A stretch of 64,000 nt of DNA from Tubulanus polymorphus. Taxonomy: Eukaryota > Animalia > Nemertea. The stretch's first letter is position 1. Each line of letters starts with the position of its first letter. A program made the translations under genes and the position numbers. Below, one piece after another: positions 1-12,728 of this stretch. The DNA is taken from assembly GCF_964204645.1 (NCBI RefSeq), contig NC_134027.1:1334485-1398484 (forward strand). Direction: 5' to 3'. The notes below the pieces were generated by a model. It saw nothing but the letters and a program-made list of their open reading frames with translations. It was not told the DNA's origin and ran no database searches.

Positions 1-61
1 ATTACAAAAAACGACAAAAAATGATTGAATGTAAGTGCATTGAATTTAGGTTTGTTGATAA

Positions 62-780
62 AGATAATCACTGATCAAGATTGACAGTTATAATCCATAA
101 TTGTTGAACTTGATCAGAGATTTTCAAGATCGATTTTAAGGTGATTCAGAAGTTTAAATCTGATGTTTTAATCTCTGGGACTCAGATATTAAATCAATAG
201 ATTTTTACTGCTGAATGATCTTCATGTACAGATGAGCTACAATTGTTCCTAGTGTGTTCTGTTAAGACTGATTAAAGGGTGGAAAAACTTGACTCAAATT
301 CAAATTGAGTCGAGTTTTTCCAAGATAATCTCTGATCAAGATCGGCAGTTACCGGTATAATCCATAATTGTTGAACTTGATTGGTGATTTTCAAGATCTG
401 TTTTAAGGTGATTCACAAGTTTAAATCTGATGTTTTAATCTCTGGGTTTCAGAGATTAAATCAATAGGTTTTTACTTCTGGATCACTTTAGGTTTAGGTA
501 AGTTAAAGTGGTTCCTATTGTGTTCTGTTAAACTGATTAAAGGGTGGAAAAACTTGATTCAAATTAATAATCTGGATCAAGTTTTCCAATGATAATCCGC
601 GATCAAGTTCAGCAGTTATAATTCATAACCGTTGAACTTAATCCACGATTATTAAGAACTGTTTTAAGGTGATTCAGAAGTATAAATCTGATGTTTAAAT
701 CTCTGGGTTTCAGAGATTAAATCAATAGGTTTTAACATCTGAATCACTTTAGGTTTAGGTAAGGTACAAGTTGTTACTAT
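62..780. repeat. Degenerate AT-rich tandem repeat, ~265-bp unit, about 3 copies
   Basis: The block gataatc.ctgatcaag...ttttaaggtgattcagaagtttaaatctgatgttttaatctctggg recurs starting near 62, 323 and 591. Confidence 0.75.
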
Positions 781-1488
781 TGTTTTAATTCATGAATTAG
801 TAGGATTTCTGTTTTTAGGTGACATGTTCAATTTTTCTTTTATTGTACATCATTTTTGTTTTTTGTCTGTTTGTTGTTGTTATTGTTGTTTTTCTTCATT
901 CACAATCTTATACTTTGGATTTATGATTAATAAATTGAAATTGTTCAATTGATTAGAGCAGTAACTTGTTTCTGTGCATAAGTTGAATTTATGTTAAATA
1001 CTCAAAACAATTGTTTATTGTAAAGAATGTCATTTCTGATAACTTTCAATTCTTATTTGAGTGAAAATACCTCAGTGAAAAAATGTTGTAAAAGGCTCTT
1101 GAATAAATGATTATTGAATTTCTTAAATGTTTTGTTTTCGATGAAGGGATTTTTCAGGTTCCAGATTTTAAGAATTTGACTTTCTGCACACAGTTCCTCA
1201 GTTCTTTGGACACGGTTTCAGGACACCTGCAGTTACTACCTCAGTTCAAGATCCAAGCTCCACTGGTCCCTGGCCCAAAATCCTGGGCCCTTCACTTTTT
1301 TAAGCAAGACGACACTCATTCCCTCGTGACATGCCTTTTCTTCACAATATCTTTGACAGATGAAGCAGACACTTTTCATGTGAATTACAAAATGTGATTG
1401 ACGCCAGTACTAATAGGGAATTAAGGTTATATGCTATAGGTTATCTAAATTACGGAGTCGGCTTTTCGATAAACGCGCAATGATTGGC

Positions 1489-1646
1489 CATCCTCGCTTG
1501 CCAGGGCCAACTTCGGTTCGGAGTTAGTCGACTATAATGTGAAACCGAATGTCAGTCGGAATTATAGTCCGGAAATCAAGCGCATTCGGATATTAGTTCC
1601 GACCACTATTAGATGACTAGATACGAAAACCGAATTTGGTCCAGGT
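1489..1646 (+). mobile_element. Dispersed MITE-like repeat (family A), copy 1
   Basis: Terminal inverted repeats ccagggccaacttcggtt / aaccgaatttggtccagg. Homologous copies at ~3064-3278 (inverted), ~6392-6560 (direct), ~6770-6810 and ~48330-48530 (inverted, partial). Confidence 0.65.
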
Positions 1647-2696
1647 TGCCGGGGGCCCGGTATCGCTGCTCCCGAAGTTGCTTGAACAGCTTTAGCTTAG
1701 CTTAGTGAGTTCAATTCGAATCCCTTGACGCGTGAAGATGTGGTGAACCTAGTTTTCTGATGTCAGTCTTGGGTTCGATGGTTTATCAGAAAATTAATGA
1801 TTTAATAGCACATCGTAAAACGTTTAATAATTTGGGCACAATTCTGGAGGAGAAATCAAGCTTTTTAATTACTTTCTGCGGGTTTTCTACGAGACAGATC
1901 GTCCGAGTATACGTCCGGATCCGCCTTTATATGCCTCATTCCTATTCTGCTCATTTGCATTCATTTGCATACGTTTTTAAGATGGCGGCTATTTGATCGA
2001 TCGTAAATAAATGAATAAATGACCAACTATTTTGGACCACATCAGCGCTTTCTCAAACCGCTCAATTTGACATTTTTAAACACTGGCAACTGTAAGTGAA
2101 AAAATTCCCAATCAATAGTTACGGTTTGTTTATCAAATCTACTCGAAAATAGAAATTAAATTCGTTCAAATGTGTTATTCGAGCAAACTCAATTCAAATA
2201 TGAAATCTCGTACCCTGGTATGACTGCAGTTTAGGTGTCCCTAATGGTTATGTACCTAACCTTACCATAACATTATTCTTTAATAACACTAGCGCCACCC
2301 AGTGGATAGGTGACCCAAACTGCAGTTAGACCCCGCGGCTTATTCTGAGCGCTAGTGAGCTATCAATCAAAGCACATATTACAGTATTTCTATGTCTATT
2401 GACAGATGTTTTTGAGAAAAATTAATTGGAGCTGAATTTAACTTCAGAAATTGGCTGCAAAAGCGAAGCCGTTTCATCCCTTGTTATTTTTATAAAGTAA
2501 GGGGTCGCGCCCGCCTGAAACTGATCCTTAACTACTAATTGTTTATCGAAACGTCGAACATAGTGGATAAACAAATAATATCAACGCAAAGTATTTCTGT
2601 CATATTTTGAATTTATTTACTGTTCATATTTAGCGCCATTCTCGCGAGATTATCAACAACCCGGAAGTAAAATCCAAGCCAGTTTACAAGCTCTTG

Positions 2697-2805
2697 GGCC
2701 CGGATCCACGGTCGTGAGTTAAGATTTGACCCCGAGTTAAAACGTTGAAAATGAACTTATCTTAACTCACAGTTAACTCTAACCCACAACTATGGAACCG
2801 GATCC
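2697..2805. mobile_element. Short MITE of an abundant gg(a/g)(t/c)cc(a/g)gttcca(c/t)agtt-ended family
   Basis: gggcccggatccacggtcgtgagtt ... aacccacaactatggaaccggatcc form imperfect TIRs. Related ends occur at ~11927, ~39565-39727, ~55950, ~56068 and ~59420. Confidence 0.55.
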
Positions 2806-3063
2806 TGTTGATTACCTCCCGCTGAAGCTCACACCAACACAAACCCTTCATTGGTGTATTGCATCACCCACGATTTCTTGGGCGGACAGGTTAACCCTCA
2901 GTGCCCACCAGTCTATATATCGACCCAATCAGATGCATTGTTTTTACCAACACGCTTGCTCTATAAATACCACGCATCTGATTGGCTAGATATATAGACT
3001 GATGGGTGCTGAATGAAAACCTGAAATCGTGAGCAATGATATAGACCAATGTGGCGTTTGCGG

Positions 3064-3278
3064 CCTGGGCCAAATTCGGTTTTCGTATCTAGTCGACTAG
3101 TGGTCGGAACTAATAACAGAACAGTTCGGTAGTAACGTATTTCGCAGTGTCGGCCATCTTGGAAATGGGTCGGAACTACAGCGACCGTGCTCAATCCGAC
3201 CATTTCCGACTAACTGACATTCTGTTTCATTTAGTTCAACTATAGTCGACTAACTCTGATAACTGAAGTTCGCCCTGG
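3064..3278 (-). mobile_element. MITE family A, inverted copy
   Basis: cctgggccaaattcggttttcgtatctagtcgactagtggtcggaact is the reverse complement of the 3' end of the 1489 and 6392 copies. Confidence 0.65.
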
Positions 3279-3883
3279 CTGGATTTGGTTTGGCTTGAGC
3301 TTCAGCGGGCAGCAATCAAACACTGGCAAGTGAGGAGGGGTCGGGGAAGCGAGGTCAGATAGATGGAGGGGGTGTAGTTATTGTCTGTGGTTTCAATTTC
3401 ACCTGAATATTGTAAGTAAAACACGTCTGATACCCGAGTGTTTCCTGCATCACGATTCTCCCTAATTCTCTTTCTTTTGAATTGATAACCTGAATGAACC
3501 ACTGAATGAACCGAGGTTCTTCTGATTCATTCAATTGTCTATAACTGATGTATGTGATGTGTGAAGAGTCTACAATCAACAGATGTGAAATCAAATTATA
3601 TTCTCTGTTTCAGGCATTACATACTTCTATCATCGTGGCTTGAAATACCATCGGGTAAAAGTGGAGCATTTTTGGGAGCAGCATGAGTAGTGCAGGAGCA
3701 GTAGGAGCAGCATCATAGGATTAGCAAGAGCAGCATCATAGGAGTAGCAAGAGCAGCATCATAGGGGTAGTACAGATATAGTAGAAGCATCACAAGCATA
3801 GCAGAGAAACAAGATAAGTGGCATTTGAAATGTAGAAAATAGAAAAAGCTGTAGAATGTTTTCTAATGTTGTGAAATGTTTTC

Positions 3884-4820
3884 TGACACAGTCTGATTTG
3901 TGTCAGATTGTAACTTTAGAATTTTCACTCATTGTTTCAGTCTAATTGAGATATAACAGATGTACATGTAACACTGACTGTGTAACACTGCAGTCGTTTG
4001 TTCACTTATTCCTCCTCAGTTTGAACAATGATTGTTCTCTCATCTTCATTAGCAATAAGAATCATTGCCATCTGTCCAAATATAGCATCGTAACATTTCT
4101 ACTTATTCAATCATAGAGGGAATGAGTTGTATGAGGTTTGGGTATGGAATGGGGCAGAGTATGGTGTAGTTGACATGTTAGGGTAGGATAGGGTAATGTG
4201 ATACGGTAAGGTCGGCTGGATGATGCAGGGTTGTTTGATGTGGTTGCATTTGATGATGCGTTTGATATGGAACTGGTCAAGGTTGGTGTATGTGGTAGTG
4301 TACGGTGTATATAGTTAGGGAAGGTGTGATGATAACCGCCCTCAATTAGTAACCTTTCAATCGGTTATCATCACACCTTCCCTAACTACGGTATACATCG
4401 TACACTACCACATTCATCCATCTCGACCATTTCCATATCAAACTCATCTTCTAATCCAACCATATCAAACAACCCTGCATCATCCAACTCAACCTTACCT
4501 CATCACGATGTCCTATCCTCCCCTAACATGTCAACCACACCATGTCCTGCCCCATTCCATACCCAAGCGCCATAACACTCATTCCCTCTATGATTGAATA
4601 AGTAGAAATGTTATGATGCTGTAGTTACGTGGATGAGAATGATTCTCATTGCTAATGAAGATGAGAGAACAAACATTCTTCAAACTGAGGAGGAATATTT
4701 GAACAAACGACTGCAGTGTTACACAGTCAGTGATACATGTACACCAGCCTCATCTCAATTAGACTGAAACAAAGAGGGAAACGTCTACATTTACAATCTG
4801 ACACAAATCTGACTGTGTCA
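3884..4820. repeat. Long inverted repeat (foldback): ~455-bp arms, 23-nt loop
   Basis: Arm 3884-4338 (tgacacagtc...gtgtgatgataaccg) is the imperfect reverse complement of arm 4362-4820 (cggttatcatcacac...gactgtgtca) along its whole length. Confidence 0.95.
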
Positions 4821-5132
4821 AAAAGATTTTTTCAATTAGTCACTCACGATTGTCTAATGTACAAATGTTTTCTAATGCAGCACAAGTGCTGGGTGCAGGA
4901 TCAAGAGACTCTTTAAATCTTGAGAAATGTTTGAATTTAAGCAATGTCTGTTTTCACATTTCAGTGGTTGATATTGCCTGAACTAGTCGCAAATCCACAG
5001 CCAAGACCTATAAGCTGACTCCACATCTGGTGAGTATGTATGCGGGAAAATTGGATAAAATCATGAGATTTACTACATATTTCAATCGTGGAATTTTACC
5101 TTTACAGCCTTCAGCCCAGGGTTAAACCTACA

Positions 5133-5572
5133 AGTGGGACACTGTTTGGTGAACTCAACATCCAAGTGCTGCAGAATCTACCTCCAGTGAGACACTGTCT
5201 GGTGAACTCAACATCCAAGTGCTGCAGAATCTACCCCCATTGAGACACTGTCTGGTGAACTCAACATCCAACTGCTGCAGAATCTACCTCCAGTGAGACA
5301 CTGTCTGGTGAACTCAACATCCAAGTGCTACAGAATCTACCCCCAGTGAGACACTGTCTGGTGAACTCAACATCCAAGTGCTGCAGAATCTACCCCAGTG
5401 AGACACTGTCTGGTGAACTCAACATCCAAGTGTTGCAGAATCTACCTCCAGTGAGACACTGTCTGGTGAACTCAACATCCAAGTGCTGCAGAATCTACCC
5501 CCAGTGAGACACTGTCTGGTGAACTCAACATCCAAGTGTTGCAGAATCTACCCCAAGCGAGACACTGTCTGG
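5133..5572. repeat. Minisatellite, 53-bp unit, ~8 copies
   Basis: Unit cagtgagacactgtctggtgaactcaacatccaagtgctgcagaatctacc(t/c)c. Confidence 0.95.
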
Positions 5573-6391
5573 AGAACCATCTTTCATGTATCCCCTCTCC
5601 CCTTCCCCACCTCAATTCATCCCCTTTACCCAACCCAAACTTCTCATGTACCCTTGTCTTTTATCATCTGCCAGATGTCTTCAATCCTATCAATTACAGC
5701 CACCTTTTGATTTCTTCTAAGCCTAACATAAATAAGTACTAATTATCCTTTAACCTAACTAAACCTTTACAGTTAAAAGGTGGTTGTTATAGATAGTTAT
5801 TTTGGACAAAAGACTTGTCATGACTTCATTGTCAATCAACCCGAACTTGCGGGACCAGAAAATCTGTTCGTTATAACCATACCAGTTCGTTATATCCAGT
5901 ATGGAATTTATAAGATTTTCTTACTTGGGACAAAATTCTATATTTGTGAAAATCCGATGAATCGCTATCAGAGTTTGTATGTATTTGTATAAATGTTATA
6001 TATGTGTTATTTGTAGCAATCACTGATGCTGTTAATTCTTGTATCAATTTCGAATGTTCATGAATAAATATATGTATAATCGTGTTGTTTGTTTATCGCG
6101 GGATCCGTGGTGAGTTCAACCACTGCGATTCCCAGCGGCTGACTGATTTCAATTAAACCCGTCCAAACTCTTTCATCACCTACAAAACCCGTTCAAGTTT
6201 TTGCTTTGGACAGGTTTTAGAGCGCGGTGAGTTTGCACGCGTTTTCTACAAGTCCTAACCCTCAGTTATTGCTGTCGTTTGTTCCGGTTCCGCGTCCAAA
6301 CTATCCAATGTCAGATGGACTGGTTCCGGAGTATTATTGACGAACTGCGGGTTCGGACTACATACACAAAATATTCCGTTTCCACTTCACG

Positions 6392-6560
6392 GTCATCCTC
6401 GCTTGCCAGGGCCACCGGTTTTCTGAGTTAGTCGAACTAAATGAAACCGAATGTCCGATAGTCGGAACTATATTCCGGAAATAGTTCGAAAATCAAGCGC
6501 ATTCGGTTATTAGTTCCGACTACTAGTCGACAAGATACGAACACCGAATTTGGCCCAGGG
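6392..6560 (+). mobile_element. MITE family A, direct copy
   Basis: gtcatcctcgcttgccagggcc...gaaaccgaatgtc...caagcgcattcgg...accgaatttggcccagg matches 1489-1646. Confidence 0.65.
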
Positions 6561-7550
6561 GTTTCGTATCGCTCCCCGAACTCAGGGCCAAATTATGTAT
6601 CTAGTTCGGTAAAGTGAGCGCTGATTGGTCAACTAAAGGGGATCCACGGATGCCGCCTCGTGTCATTTGTTACAAGCGCTGTGATTGGTACGTCCGGATT
6701 CTGATCGGCGAGAAACGACTCGCGTTGTCGTGGAGTTCAGAGAACGGCTTTAGCTGAATGGTTGCCTGTTCGGTTTTCGTAGCAAGTCGACTAGTGGTCG
6801 GAACTACGTAATAACCGAATAAGAATCTTTTATTTCTTACGCCATAAAACCCATGATACATCGATACATCTACATCGATAACTAATACATACGCGTTATT
6901 TAAGAGGTTCTGTGTGAGTCTACGTCATCGATATTGGCGTTTCAATTAAAATTTTATTCAATTGAATATATTTCATAACACTCATTATATTTTTGATGAA
7001 TTGTAATAATTATTTTTAAGGGGATGTACACTACGTCATCAATATATCAGGACTAGACTGAGATAAAATTGCTGAGTCGAAGTCATTTTTTATATATTCA
7101 GTAAATGATTACTCTAACTCTCGAATTCTTACATTATGTGGATCTTGATTCCGATGAAAGTGCCTCAAATATTGTAAGAAAATACATTAATTAAATGTTA
7201 TCTCTTTGTTATCTATCAAATTTCAGAAGTTGTATTGATATTCGAACTTCAATTTGCCTCGTCGAATTCAAAGATCGCCTTGTTAATGATGATGGATTGT
7301 TCTGGTACGAACTGCAGTTTGTGACATGTTATTGAGATGACGGCTCTTTGGGGCTCAGTTCTGTACGCGAGAATTTCACAATGAAACAGCCAGCGAGTCG
7401 AAATGCTGTTAATTTTTTTCCAAGTAGATATATCTCCTCGATATGATCCTGGATCGAGGGAGAATTAATGTTCTTCTTTTATTCAGTCTGTAGTAAAAAC
7501 AGTCGTAGAATTGCATTTTCTCCGCGAAAAACAGTTTTGAATTTGATTAC

Positions 7551-8500
7551 ATCAAGAATGAACGCGACGATTCCTTTACAAGAGAGCAAAAATGTATATT
7601 TTTATTATTTTCACGCAGCAAAGTTTTATTATTTTCAAAAAAATGAGATCAGCCATTTTTGTAAATAAAGTACTTGTTTCATTTATCGATACAATCGATT
7701 TCTAGGAATTACATCAATAAAATGGTAGTCGACATGAAATTGTTTCTTTTTTAAAAATGATTTTCGATACTACATAAATTGATATGAAAATAGATTGCAA
7801 TGAGTTGGTTTTAAGATATCACGATATATTGAAATAGATTGCAATGAGTTGGTTTTAAGATATCACGATATATTGAAATAGATTGCAATGAGTTGTGAGT
7901 TGATATCACGATACATTGAGGGTCATTTCTTATATACTACTTGTTGACCCAGATACAAACAGCGCGATGGTAGAATGAACTAGAAGCAATGCACATCGAA
8001 TCTCGTTATGCCTTCTTAAATAAAACAGATTTCAAGCATTTTTCCACCAGAGTTATTTTTCTTGAGATAGATAAATCAAGTATGAACGCAACGATTCTTT
8101 TTACAAGAGAAAAAATGTACATTTTTATTATTTTCACGCAGTACTATAAACAATGTGAACGAAGAAAATGAGATCAGCCATTTTTGTAAATAAAGTACTT
8201 GTTTCATTTATAAATACAATGATATTTCTATGAATTACATTAATAAAATGGTAGTTTCTTATTTTCAAAGATACAACGAGATGATTTTCAATACTGCATA
8301 AATTGATATAAAAATAGATATAGTAAATTGCGATGAATTGGTTTTAAGATATCACAAGTGTCATTTCCTATATACTACTTGTTGACCCAGATACAAACAG
8401 CATGATGACGGTATGAACTAGAAGCAATGCATATCGTATCGCCTTCTTAATTCAAACAAGATTTCAAACATTTTCCTACCATTGTTATTATTCTTGTGAG
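7551..8500. repeat. Local tandem duplication (~525-bp unit, 2 diverged copies) with an internal ~44-bp triplication
   Basis: atcaagaatgaacgcgacgattc at 7551 vs atcaagtatgaacgcaacgattc at 8075, with shared downstream blocks. aaatagattgcaatgagttg occurs 3 times at 7788-7900. Confidence 0.85.
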
Positions 8501-9976
8501 TGACGCAGTCCTGAGTTTGCGTAACAATTATTGGATAATAGTTTATTCGAAAACATAAACGTCTTATCAACATAACTATATAATTACATATATATAGTGA
8601 TTTGATCACATCAACCCAGTTGACACAAACTGGCTAAAAACAATAGATACAGATAAAAATATCCGTTTTAAATATAGAAATATCCCTGACTTAGAAAACG
8701 ACAAATCTTCCTCTAAAATGATAAAAAATAAATTTCCATTTCATACAAAATCGGGTTGCGGTTTTCAAAAGCGGTTCTAGCACATACCGCGAGTGATTGA
8801 GGAATTCAAAAGCACAAATAACAATGTTTTACAACTAGCTGTGGTTTCATAGGGATAGGCTTACGCCGTTTTGAAAACCCTGGCCACAGATTACTAACGT
8901 ATGATTGGTTACAAAAAGAAAATTTCTAAAAGTTTAGACCAGAACAGTTGTTCTTCATCTAAGGGAAAAAAGTTGAAATATCCTAAAAATTCATTTGAAT
9001 ATCATTGAACTTGCGTCGTTTTAAAAACCCGCACAAGTTGTCTTAAGTAGAAAAATCAGTAAAAAATTGAAATATCCTAAAAATCTAATTGAATATAAAA
9101 TTAAGAAACTACACGCAAAAATTCATAGACGATTTTGACGTTCCTGTATAAGAGACCTACTTCTTTGGCGTAGTAATACTAATTTACCGATACTACATTC
9201 AGTCTCTTCGTGAAATGATCTACGTCTGATACTGGTCTTAGGAGCACACGAATCGGTGACAAAAACTCGTGACGTCACCACTGCCTGGGCTATTTCGTCT
9301 TTCTGGTGTTGTTGAACGTACTTCTGACCGGCTGAAAACGAGGAAATACCTGACGTGTTAATTAATGTTGTATCGATTGAATATCCAAATGAAAACAAGA
9401 AATTAATTTTTGCGTTATTTTCTAACTTTTGATTAGTATATAATTTCCTTCATCGATTCATGTTCATTTTTGATTACAGAAATTTTAATCCAAATAACAT
9501 TAATTCGTATTGTATCGTATTGATAATGTAAAATCGTTCTCTATCTAAACAGGAATTTTACATTCCTGGGATTTTACCCTTAAATGTATGTAAACAACGA
9601 CAATTCTTAATAGGAATCGATGTTATGTGTCTTTGAATTATAAAGTTCGAGGAAAGAGATAGTCAGTAAACCTGTCCGTGGCTTAGTATCGGAAATATTC
9701 ACAAACCGCTTATTGGTATAAGCCAATTCGATTATAAAGCCTCTTACCACCAACGATTAGGTAACTAAATAAGATAGAGGCTACTAGAGTAACATTGCTT
9801 TGACGGGGGCTTCAAAACACGCCGCCCACGTAAGAAGAATCTATTTACGAATTTGAAGTTGAGATATATTTCACAGAATTATAGTAACACACTAGATATT
9901 TCTAGAATTCCAAACATATTTGGTCAATTGATCATTGAGTAGTGATTAACAAATTAGATTCCTAGAATAAATAGTT

Positions 9977-11099
9977 TTACGCACCAGAAGTCGAATAGTA
10001 CTCGTGTAAGTAGGACACTATATCATGTTTTCGGTTGATAAGTGCGTCATCCATGACGTCACGGCCTCTCGAGTTTCTGAGTGAGGGGTTGGCGTTGGCC
10101 TCGATGAGTAGTTTGATTACGTCTAAATGTCCTTTATTTGCGGCTAAATGACATGCCGTGTCTAGATTTCTCGTTGTTTTATTCACATCTGCGCCGTTGG
10201 CGATAAGAATTCTGAAAGATTTTGAAAATATGACGTGTTTTAACCGTAATGAAATGACTCAATTCGGGACCAGTTTTAACTTATAGTGGACTTAGTTAAG
10301 TACTGTCTCTAGATAGAATTAGTTCATTTCTGATATTTCAACTCGTAACTGAAATTCTAATTTTCAACTTTGGAACCGAGTCCCGAGTTTTAAAGATCCG
10401 TAATACTAATTTTTCAGGGCCTCTCCAGTTTTCATAATGAAAGCCCTGGTACATTTTTAGATGACTCCTGTTTCAGACTTTCATCTGTATGAACCCAAAT
10501 AAAGCCTATAAAATACACAATTTTAAAACTTTGGGGCCCGTACAGTCCTGTCTTAGGTTTCAAGACCTACATCTTATAAGATGATCGTACTTCTAAGACT
10601 GAGTCTTAAGATTTAAGACGACTTTTTGGTCTTTTTGTACTGTTAATGTTCCATTAGACTCAGGGCCAAGTTTCACAAAAAAAGTTCACCTCCAAAATCG
10701 ATCATCATCTATTCAGTTTATCAGATTTTTCTATTCAATCTTAACTCGATCTAGGAATTAATTTTTTTTGTAAAACTGACCACTAGGCCCACACGAGGTG
10801 ACAGGTTGTTTTACCTACCTGGCGCTTTCAACGTCCCCGGAATCGGCGGCCGCGTGTAACGCCGTAGCGCCCCAACAATTCTGCTTATCAACAATCGCCT
10901 GCATCGATACTAACAGACGAACTAGTCGAAAACATCCACGGGCAGCGGCCCAATATAGGGCCGTGCCTGAACTATTCTTCCCGCAATCGTTTATATTACA
11001 GTACGATCCTTTTTGTAAAAGTTTGTACGCTTTTTCGAAGTCGCCAGTTCGAGCAGCATCAGCTAGTGAAGCGTTCCTCAACGTTTCCATTGCTACCAT
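9977..11099 (-). CDS. Short ankyrin-repeat protein (171 aa, 2 coding exons)
   Basis: Exons 11099-10819 and 10211-9977 join through a GT-AG phase-2 intron. Ankyrin motifs GTALYWAAARG, GATALHAAADSG and DTACHLAANKGHLDVIKLLIEANAN. Confidence 0.9.
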
Positions 11100-12088
11100 G
11101 TTGTTGCCTGCGCGTGAGTGTTACGTGCTGTCTAATCAGCAATGACGGTTTATCACGGCAGTTAATGGTTGTTATATATACACGTCGATCTGCAGGGGAA
11201 ACCCGGTTATGAGCATTTAAAAATATACGCGTCATACGAATAATTACACGGACTTTGTACTATACAGCCTGGAATTTTAATGAACAAAACCAAAGCGGAT
11301 ATAGTATTGTATCTTCTTTTGTTATTTGTGGTTGCAGGATGCTCATTTATTGCTCTTTACAGAAAAAAAACAGTTTAAACGCAATCGTTGAAATACGTAT
11401 GTACTATTCCTCGTAAAATACCTCGTAACGGCGGGAACATCCCGAGATGGACGTGAATCGAGGAACGTTTTCGATGTGAATATTATTTGCAGAGTGGGTG
11501 GCTCAATGTTATACCGTGGAAAATCCGTATCGTTTTTCACACGTAATCTACCGAGAAAATTCGACTTGGATCGGTTTAAATTTTTGGTCGATGAGAGAAA
11601 TAAATGTTTCCTTTTATTAGGGATGAAAAACCGTGCGAGATAACGGTGAGGTTTTCATTACGACTACTCCACGCTGGATGGAAAAAACCGACATCGTTTT
11701 TGAGGTTAGAATCTATAAGTTCGTGTCTCTGTAGGCTGTGGGTTTTATTCGTTAACTCTATCTACAAGGAGATTTACATCAGTACACTGCGGCCTCGTGT
11801 AGGCCTCTCGATGTCCATTCAAACCGTTTCCTTCTACAAGTTTGATAACAACTTTTCCGCACGTGCCAGCTGAATTAATTAATTATAATCAAAATTGTTT
11901 TTAAGCCCGGTTTAATTACACGATGCGGGATCCAGTTCCATAGTTATAATTTAGAGTTGACACTGAAACTTTAAAGCAGTTGATTTAGCGGAACTGGCGT
12001 CTGGGATATGTTTAGAGTTCTGAGTCTGAGGGTTCTGTCTCACAGTTGTGGCTTTTAATTCCGGTTAAAGCAATGGCAATTTGCGGAG

Positions 12089-12728
12089 TACAAACTCTCT
12101 ACCGGCCACTTCTATCAGGTTTACAGATTACAAACTCTCTACCGGCCGCTTCTATCGGGTTTACAGATTACAAACTCTCTACCGGCCACTTCTATCGGGT
12201 TTACAGATTACAAACTCTCTACCGGTCGCTTCTATCGGGTTTACAGATTACAAACTTTCTACCGGTCGCTTCTATCGGGTTTACAGATTACAAACTCTCT
12301 ACCGGCCGCTTCTATCGGGTTTACAGATTACAAACTCTCTACCGGTCGCTTCTATCAGGTTTACAGATTACAAACTCTCTACCGGTCGCTTCTATCGGGT
12401 TTACAGATTACAAACTCTCTACCGGCCGCTTCTATCGGGTTTACAGATTACAAACTCTCTACCGGCCGCTTCTATCAGGTTTACAGATTACAAACTCTCT
12501 ACCGGCCGCTTCTATCAGGTTTACAGATTACAAACTCTCTACCGGCCGCTTCTATCAGGTTTACAGATTACAAACTCTCTACCGGCCGCTTCTATCAGGT
12601 TTACAGATTACAAACTCTCTACCGGCCGCTTCTATCAGGTTTACAGAATACAAACTCTCTACCGGCCGCTTCTATCAGGTTTACAGATTACAAACTCTCC
12701 ACCGGTCGCTTCTATCAGGTTTACAGAT
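12089..12728. repeat. Minisatellite, 40-bp unit, 16 copies
   Basis: Unit caaactctctaccgg(c/t)cgcttctatc(a/g)ggtttacagatta, highly homogeneous. Confidence 0.97.
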
